A DNA stretch of 64,000 bases, from assembly GCA_964016885.1 (NCBI GenBank), contig OZ024740.1, forward strand, positions 164,114,001 to 164,178,000, in the 5' to 3' direction. Of the stretch, positions 56,811-64,000 are shown piece by piece. The stretch's first letter is position 1. Each line of letters starts with the position of its first letter. Source of the DNA: Eledone cirrhosa (Eukaryota). Below the pieces are notes generated by a model. That model did not search any database, was not told the origin of the DNA, and saw only the letters and a program-made list of their open reading frames with translations. Made by a program: the position numbers and the translations under genes.

Positions 56811-59532
56811 TCTCTCTCTCTATATATAAAACAGAGGATGCCTGTCTGTCTGTATGTCTGTGTAAATCCCTAAAACTCGCGAAGTACCCGACCTATTTGT
56901 TTCAAACTTTACACATGCGTTACCTATATTTCTTGAAGTGCAATGGGTTAAATTTCTGCCCTAGGGCTCGCATTAGGAAAAAAAAACGCATTTTAAAGGC
57001 ATTTTTAGGCTTTTTTGAGCCGTAACTTAAAGATAACCCAGCCGATTTCCTCGAAATTTACAGCACGCATTAGTTAGTCCCCTCGCATGGCTGTGGACAA
57101 AAATTTCCGATTCCGTTAATGGTTTCTAGGAAATTTACGAATTAGCATTGGGCATTACATGTCATTTTCATCTACTTATATATATAACCAGCAATTTCTC
57201 TGTCTGTCTGTCCGACAGTGGAAACACGTGCGTAGAGAGAGAGTGAGAGTGAAAGAAAGAGACAGACTACGAGAGGGGGATAGCGGGAGGGAGAGAGGGA
57301 GAGAGAGAGAGTGAATAGACGCTAAAACACGTGCTACAGAAATATTACCTTCCCCTTCCTTTCTCCACTTTAGTACTACCAAGAGAAACACTGTCGCTAT
57401 AGAAACATTACCTTCCCCTCTCCACTGACTTTGGTCACTGAGGCCGAGGGAATCACTGGTTGCTATAGAGACACCTTGCACAAGCCAGAAGCAACCAGTT
57501 CGAGGCGGTTCTGACTTGACACCATGCGAAGAAGGTTGCCATTGAATTTGTGGTTTGAAGAAGGTTGCCATTGAATTTGTGGTTGTTGCTGCTGATAATA
57601 AGGACCATTTGAAGAAGGTTGCCATTGAATTTGTGGTTTGAAGAAGGTTGCCATTGAATTTGTGGTTGTTGCTGCTGATAATAAGGACCATTTGAAGAAG
57701 GTTGCTGCTGATGAGGTAATTTATTAATCAGATTGCGCAGTTCCATAACCTACGTTTGATTTGTTCAATTTTTTTTTTTTTTTTTTTTATTTCTTATTGA
57801 AAAAATATAAATAATAAAATAAGGTTAGACATTTAAATACAATTAAATACGATTTAATTTCCATTTCCAGCAGCCAATGTCCAGTGTTCAATTTCATGAA
57901 AAAATTGGAATTATTCAAAAAATTGAAGTTTAACTTTTGAACATTTGTTTTGACAATAAAAAAATATTTCCTTATTCACACCTAATGGTATGATTAAAAT
58001 TTCATAGGAATATTTTTTTCTAACCGCCAGTTATTTATTTTCTCCTTTTTCGTTTTAACATATATTTATTTCAAAGATTTCACCGTATAGATAACATATA
58101 TATTTATACATGCATAAAAGACACACCGAGAGACGGTGAACATGTGGTGCCGAAAACATTTCTCATCCAAATCTCAACGATATCAGTATATACACTAGAT
58201 TTGCTAGCAGAAAACCGCCCACCGGGTGGTTTTCTGCTAGTCTATATATATAAAACTGAGGATGTCTGTCTGTGTGTGAGTTTGAATCCCTAAAACTAGA
58301 GAACTACTCAAGCGACTGTTTTCAAACTTTACACATGTAATACTTATGTATGTATCAGGGAGTGTTCTGAGCCCCCCAAAATTCAAATTTTCAATGCCCT
58401 AGGGACCGCATTAGGCGATTTAGCGATCTCTCTCTATAATTCTTAGTATTTCTCTTTTTAGATAGATACATACATATAACGTCGCGCCCTTATAATATCT
58501 GTGTGTATGTCTGGCTGTCTGCTGCCTCCGGTTATTCTACCACTCATTCCCCAAACAATTGGTAAGTGCACACAACTTCTTCCTCACGTTTTAAGCCACA
58601 GTGTTGCTTACTTAAGTACCACCAGACCCTTACTTCTTTGCAATACTAAGCTTAGCTAAGGCGGTTATATATTTCACAATACCTTATCCCGTGCAGCGCC
58701 GGGTACCACTGCTAGTTTTCAATATAAACGCTACTTAAGCACCGTAAGTAGCGTATAATATTTCGTTAAAAATTTGGTTTATTTTACAGAGGATACAACA
58801 CTTACTTACTTTTAAGCAGGACCCTTTTCGGGGGATTGAGAAATGAGGAGGATCTATAAACCTTTGTCGGCGCCCTGTTGACGCTTGGTGCTTTCATCAC
58901 ACGCAAATCCGGGCCCTGTGTACGGTGCCGTGTTATTAACACCGTAAAACTCACGTCTGTGCTACTTCTACTAAGACCCCTTTTGTTGCACCTACACCGC
59001 AGTATGAACGCCCTGCGCAAGTACGCCGAACAGCGGTTGTGCTAAATTCCGCGGTGAACCCTTTTGTTGCACCTTTGTTGCTGTGTAAACTCAGTGCAAC
59101 CAGTGCCGCCCAGCGTTTGTGCTAATTGCACTATGACCCCCTTCTGCTGCAGCTGCGTTGCCTCTCAGATTTCGTCATCTCAATATCCCTACTTAAACGT
59201 ACATCCTACTTGGTTTTCACACAATTGACTACGTCACTCCGTCAGACTGACGTGTGTTCCCCATCTGTGACGTAATTCGTGAACAGACATACGATATACA
59301 TCGCCCCACAACACTTACTTACTCCTTTCGCATACAGGATTTCCGCAATCAGCCCACTGACACTGCTACTACTGGATTCGGCCTGCTGGTGCTCTACGTT
59401 TCCAGTAGATGAACAATCATTCCCTGAGAATAAGGGAATTCAAAAAGTACACAGCTACATTCCTCAATCTTTGCATATGCGTGTTGCTATTTCACGTTTC
59501 CTATCCCGTGCAACGCCGAGTCCTGCTGCTAG
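56811..59532 (+). mobile_element. Chain of non-autonomous Helitrons
   Basis: TC-start 5' ends at 56811, 57171 and 58241 (tctatatataaaac.gaggatg.ctgtctg). Hairpin plus CTAG 3' ends at 58240, 58715 (cccgtgcagcgccggg..gctag) and 59532 (cccgtgcaacgccgag..gctag). Confidence 0.8.
57528..57705. repeat. Higher-order minisatellite (29+54 = 83-bp unit, ~2 copies) inside a Helitron
   Basis: gaagaaggttgccattgaatttgtggtt occurs 4 times with alternating spacers. Confidence 0.85.
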
Positions 59533-60324
59533 TATTAAATAAAATGTATTTCTCTTTTTAACATAACGGGGGGGGGGGGTGATTTAAACGAGATTTGGCT
59601 GCTATTTCTAACCTTTGGAGTGATAAGTAGGAATTTCTCGGAGTAAGGTCAAATATTGTTTTTAGAAAATATTATTAATGCTTGAACCAACCATTGTTAA
59701 AGAAAATGAAATGTTTTCCCTTGCCAAAACTCAGAACGTTCCTGTTTCTATAAGTATTCACAAATTGATTACAGAATTCATATTATCCGCTTTCAATTTT
59801 ACAAATATGCAATCCTAAATCTAAACGAATACAATTTTTATATATGTGCTCCTGTGTATATTCATTTTTATAATGGTAGACTTCCGGCACTTCTGTGGCT
59901 CCTCAACTAGAAATAGAAACTAATTCTCAAATCAAATTCCTATCACTTAGAATAAAGAAGGATATGATATAGTGGACAATGTAGTCCTCGAAATACACAA
60001 GATGGATTTTGCTGTGGAGAAATGCGTAGAAATGATCAGTGAGAGCAATGTTGAATTCCGTGGGATTGATACTAGTGAGCTGGGACTCCTACTTAAACTT
60101 ACTTATAGTAATAACTATCTAGATACATACGACCTTAGCAACCTGTGCCCTACAAGACCAGCAAGAGGCAGACCACCTACCATTACCTCAATGGCTAAGA
60201 AAACCCACACAGATAGATGCAACGGGTGGACCAGAGCAATACGGACCCCCGAAAACCACGATGAACTAAAGAAAATGATTGCACATGCGGTGGGGCCAGT
60301 ATAAAATTAACCCTTAAGGAACAT

Positions 60325-61629
60325 ATGTTCAAATTTAATGGAAAAACATATGCCCAAGAGGAGGGAGCAGCCATTGGTGTTAGCATTGCAGGTGACATAG
60401 CTAACCTATTCATGGTATGGTGGGACAATAGACTTAAACTTAAATTTAAAGAACAATTAGAAGACAGCAACCTCTTAACCCTGATAATGTACTTCCGCTA
60501 CGTTGATGATATAAACATCGTAGTAAAAACACACCCACTAGAGAACAGTCAGGAATTAGAGAAAAACACCATGGAAAGCATCCAGAAAATAGCTAACTCC
60601 ATCCACCAGAGTATTAGAGTTACTATAGACTACCCAAGCAAACACCCCAACCATCGATTACCTGTACTAGACACAGAGCTCTGGTTAGATACTATCAATA
60701 ACAAACAACAGATCCTCCATTCCCATTATGCCAAACCCATGACTTCCAAATACCTGATCCACCGAAACTCAGCTGTTCCGGACCACACCCAAATCAACAT
60801 ACTGATTGCGGATTTGGTACGGGTGATGAGAAACGTGTCCCGCATGTGCCACCCCAAAGAACTAGAGAGACACATACAACACTTCATCCACCGTATGCAG
60901 TTCTCTGGCTACAATCAGAGAGATAAGATCAGAGTATATAGAGGAGCCAGAACCAAATGGGAAAAAATGGTAAATAATGATACAAATGGGACCTGCCCCT
61001 TGTACAGGAGCACATTTTGGAATAGAATAGAAAGAACTAGGAATAAAGTTCATAGAATAAACTCATGGTATGATAGCAATAAATACCAGAGTGTTATGTT
61101 CATCAATACAACCTCTAGAGGCGAATTAGCTTACAAATTCAGAAGGGCCCTAGATAAACATAAACTCAATATTAAGATAGTAGAAAGACCAGGTACCTCC
61201 ATAAAAACACTTATTAGCAATACATACCCTTTTCAAAGACCTCCCTGTATAGATAAGAAATGTATAATCTGTAAATTAAGCCCCCATATTAACTGTAAAA
61301 CTAGAAATGTAGTATATAGCATAAGATGTACTGAAGGACAATGTAGAGATAAGAATATAGTGTACATAGGTGAGACAGCTCGTAGTATAGGAGAACGGAT
61401 AAATGAACACTGGCGAGAGCTTCAAGATAGTAAAGAATCATCTGTACTCTACCAACATGCTAAAATAGAACATAAGGGTAAATTACAGAACATAGAAATG
61501 AAAATAGAGTCTACACACAGAAAAGACGCAATGTTTAGACAAATCACAGAGGCAATAAACATAAATGAACTACAACCAAAATTAAATAGAAAGCATGAAT
61601 GGAATAGCAACATCACAACTTATAATTAA
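60325..61629 (+). CDS. PLE reverse transcriptase + GIY-YIG endonuclease, C-terminal 434 aa (upstream part in ORF 59972-60304, frameshift near 60300)
   Basis: FKFNGKTYAQEEGAAIG, YFRYVDDI, LPVLD, linker CIDKKCIIC, NVVYSIRC...VYIGETARSIGERINEH, RQITEAINI...PKLN. Confidence 0.9.
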   Translation: MFKFNGKTYAQEEGAAIGVSIAGDIANLFMVWWDNRLKLKFKEQLEDSNLLTLIMYFRYVDDINIVVKTHPLENSQELEKNTMESIQKIANSIHQSIRVTIDYPSKHPNHRLPVLDTELWLDTINNKQQILHSHYAKPMTSKYLIHRNSAVPDHTQINILIADLVRVMRNVSRMCHPKELERHIQHFIHRMQFSGYNQRDKIRVYRGARTKWEKMVNNDTNGTCPLYRSTFWNRIERTRNKVHRINSWYDSNKYQSVMFINTTSRGELAYKFRRALDKHKLNIKIVERPGTSIKTLISNTYPFQRPPCIDKKCIICKLSPHINCKTRNVVYSIRCTEGQCRDKNIVYIGETARSIGERINEHWRELQDSKESSVLYQHAKIEHKGKLQNIEMKIESTHRKDAMFRQITEAININELQPKLNRKHEWNSNITTYN

Positions 61630-61828
61630 GGACAAAATGAAAACACACACACACATAGAACAAACAACTCACCAGTAACATGTAAATAAACAAATAAATA
61701 AACAAATATAAATACACACAGACACCCGGATGTAACACATGCGCAAACTAAGCACACAACACACGCAAACACAAGATGGCGTAGGACAGAACAAAGGAGA
61801 GACACAAAAACAAAGAAAAGAATCCCCA

Positions 61829-61871
61829 GTCACTGAAGAGGTCACAGAATTTGTGACGAAAGAACTTTGAC
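61829..61871 (+). ncRNA. PLE pseudo-LTR hammerhead ribozyme (minimal type I)
   Basis: GTCA-CTGAAGA-g-GTCACA gaatt TGTGAC-GAAA-gaac-TT-TGAC; the sister copy at ~46285 has TA at the cleavage site. Confidence 0.8.
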
Positions 61872-62015
61872 AATATATGAACAATCGTCTGGTTGTGGAA
61901 CCAACCAACCGGAAATTTATAAATTTAATTTATAATAAATTGAAGTGAAAGCAACTGGTGCGTGTGTTTCTTATTGGCAACATGACCCTCCCAAAGTATA
62001 ACAATATATATATAT

Positions 62016-62673
62016 GGAGCCGCAGCTCCATTATTATCATATTTACACATATATTTTTTCCTCCGCTGCCACCAGTCTGTTTCGTTCTTTGTGTCTTTAC
62101 CATTTCTAGCAGTCTCTCTCTCTCTCTGTTAGTTTCTGCCTCACCTTTCACTCACTCACTCTCTGTCACTACCTCTCCTCCTCCCCTTTCTTCCCGTTTG
62201 ATCTGTCCGTAATCCTTTTCTCGCGGGCACTTGGCCAAGCCGGTATGAATTTTTTTTCTCTCTCTCTCGTCTGCGACTTCACAGAACTTATGTTTACCGA
62301 ATTCGCAGACCAGACCCCTTCTTCCTCCCGTTAGACCTGTGCGAAATTCCTTCCTTGCTCACATTTCAACCAGGTTTGATGGTCTTTATTCTCTCGTTCA
62401 CGATTCCACTGAATTTATATTCATAGAAATCTGGGACTTGTTTCTTTCTTCTCATCACTTTCTGTTGCTTAAACCATTTTGTTTGTTTACCCTAGCGTCC
62501 CCCTTATTTACGTGTCCCAACGAATTTTTTTAGCCGTTGCTCGCACCAACCTGAGGTATATGGCCTTTAATGCGACGAAATGCCTACGACGGTTGGAAGG
62601 CCACTGATGAGGACAAACTTTTTCATATGTAACCCATTTGCAGCGCCGCAGCTCCATTATTATCATATTTACA
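62016..62673 (+). mobile_element. Non-coding terminally redundant element (626-bp period, 29-bp direct repeat) between TA tracts
   Basis: gccgcagctccattattatcatatttaca at 62019 and 62645; 3' part homologous to 12125-12262. Confidence 0.7.
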
Positions 62674-62802
<129 letters not shown>

Positions 62803-62834
62803 GTGTGTATATGTGTGTGTGTGTTTAAGTGTAC

Positions 62835-62933
62835 TAGCAGGGAAACCTTATGCTAGTCCCGTTAACCTCTTATCATATAATATATATATATATAATAAAC
62901 GGTTAACGGGACTAGCATAAGGTTTCCCTGCTA
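62835..62933. repeat. 33-bp perfect inverted repeat around a TA spacer, flanked by (TG)n and (CA)n
   Basis: tagcagggaaaccttatgctagtcccgttaacc (62835-62867) and its reverse complement (62901-62933). Confidence 0.9.
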
Positions 62934-64000
62934 CTACACTTATATACACACACATACACACACATATATATATATATATATGTAAATACACACACATATA
63001 TCGCTTTTATTTAACTCTTCTTTTCACTATCATTTATGTCCATACTGGTTATTATCAACTAACCAATTCCATTGACAATCTTTGTAATATAAATATTTAA
63101 GAACCCAAACCCTCTCCGAAGTGCAGATACAATTTATTTCATGCTATATTATGGAATATGTCAATTCATTTTTAAAACAGAGCAGAATATGATTTGAGAA
63201 ATGTTTGGTTCTAATTTTAGAAGATTGAGCAACCGCGTAGAGGTTCTCTCAATGGATTGTATAAATAATGTTTCTTACATAGAAAGTCATAGAAATGCAC
63301 TTGTATGATTTATTTACGACTACAGCGATTGTAGGTATCAAGTTGGGATAGTTCATATAGTTGACAACTGTAATACATTTTAGACGATAGACATAACATC
63401 GAGGTTATGCGGCATGGATTAGATAGCAGATATCAAGGCTTCGAGGATAGCACGTTTAATTATTAGTAGCTTTTTCAGTGGGATCATTCGAACTAATTCT
63501 CTCAATCCAACTACATATGTTCTTCTGTGATAAATTAAACCGAGTTAAATACTTATTTTAAGGTGAATAGAGATGTCTCGTATCTATCTTGGCCACAAAC
63601 ACGATGCAGTATCGATGACGTAACCACTAACTTAGCCTTTTTCACTCTCACTCTCGGGTCGAATTCTTAACAACTCTGAGTTGTTATGATAAACATTTTA
63701 ACACCCTGTCGGGGGAAATTATTTAGAGCCATTCTGGAAATTAGTTCGAAAACTTGTGATTTCGTAAGCCTAGTCCAATAATTTGCAGAATAATTTGCAT
63801 TCAGAAATCTCAGTCCACTGACAAATGCAAACTCCTTATAGAATTACCTTAAATATAACTTGATATGGGTAAACACACGATAAACATGCAGCAATATTTA
63901 CATATCACTGATATATTTACAATATAAAGTATTCCCAAAAGACCATTTTCATAGTAATGGTCTCGCAACTTTTTATAGCCCTGATTTTTTGCAGTTAATT

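Larger units (their letters stand above)
59998..62010 (+). mobile_element. Penelope-like retroelement (Neptune/Naiad-like), 5'-truncated, ending in (TA)n
   Basis: RT + GIY-YIG ORF, A-rich 3' region, hammerhead at 61829-61871, terminus shared with 46141-46479. Confidence 0.92.

Noticed and set aside
60325-61828. Selenoprotein-type (Naiad) recoding
   Set aside because: No in-frame TGA in the ORF, and the A-rich 3' region shows no SECIS-like hairpin.
62560-62612. Twister ribozyme (TAATGC...GGTTGGAAGGCC)
   Set aside because: The pseudoknot pairings cannot be formed and the 12 kb homologue does not conserve the motif.

Overview
Eukaryotic, very AT-rich intergenic or intronic DNA. The SINE families and microsatellite load suggest a cephalopod (Octopus-like) genome; this is inferred, not proven. 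No host protein-coding gene can be supported. The window is almost entirely repeats: decayed LINEs (Tx1, R4/Dong-like RLE, RTE), a hAT/Charlie relic, non-autonomous Helitrons, about 20 tRNA-derived SINE copies, microsatellites, and two Penelope-like elements (PLEs), one with a near-intact RT + GIY-YIG ORF (~60.0-62.0 kb). The main result is a non-coding RNA system. At 35059-39377 there is a near-identical tandem array of a 466-bp unit inserted in a (TA)n tract. Each full unit carries an intact minimal type I hammerhead ribozyme with a palindromic stem III (9 copies). About 7 units lie on one strand and about 2.5 are inverted head-to-head. This has the hallmarks of a non-LTR retrozyme (circular-RNA-derived retroelement). 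Several unrelated hammerhead-bearing or terminally redundant ~480-630 bp elements also sit at (TA)n tracts, and the PLE that could mobilise them is in the same window. All calls come from reading the sequence by eye; no searches or folding programs were run.
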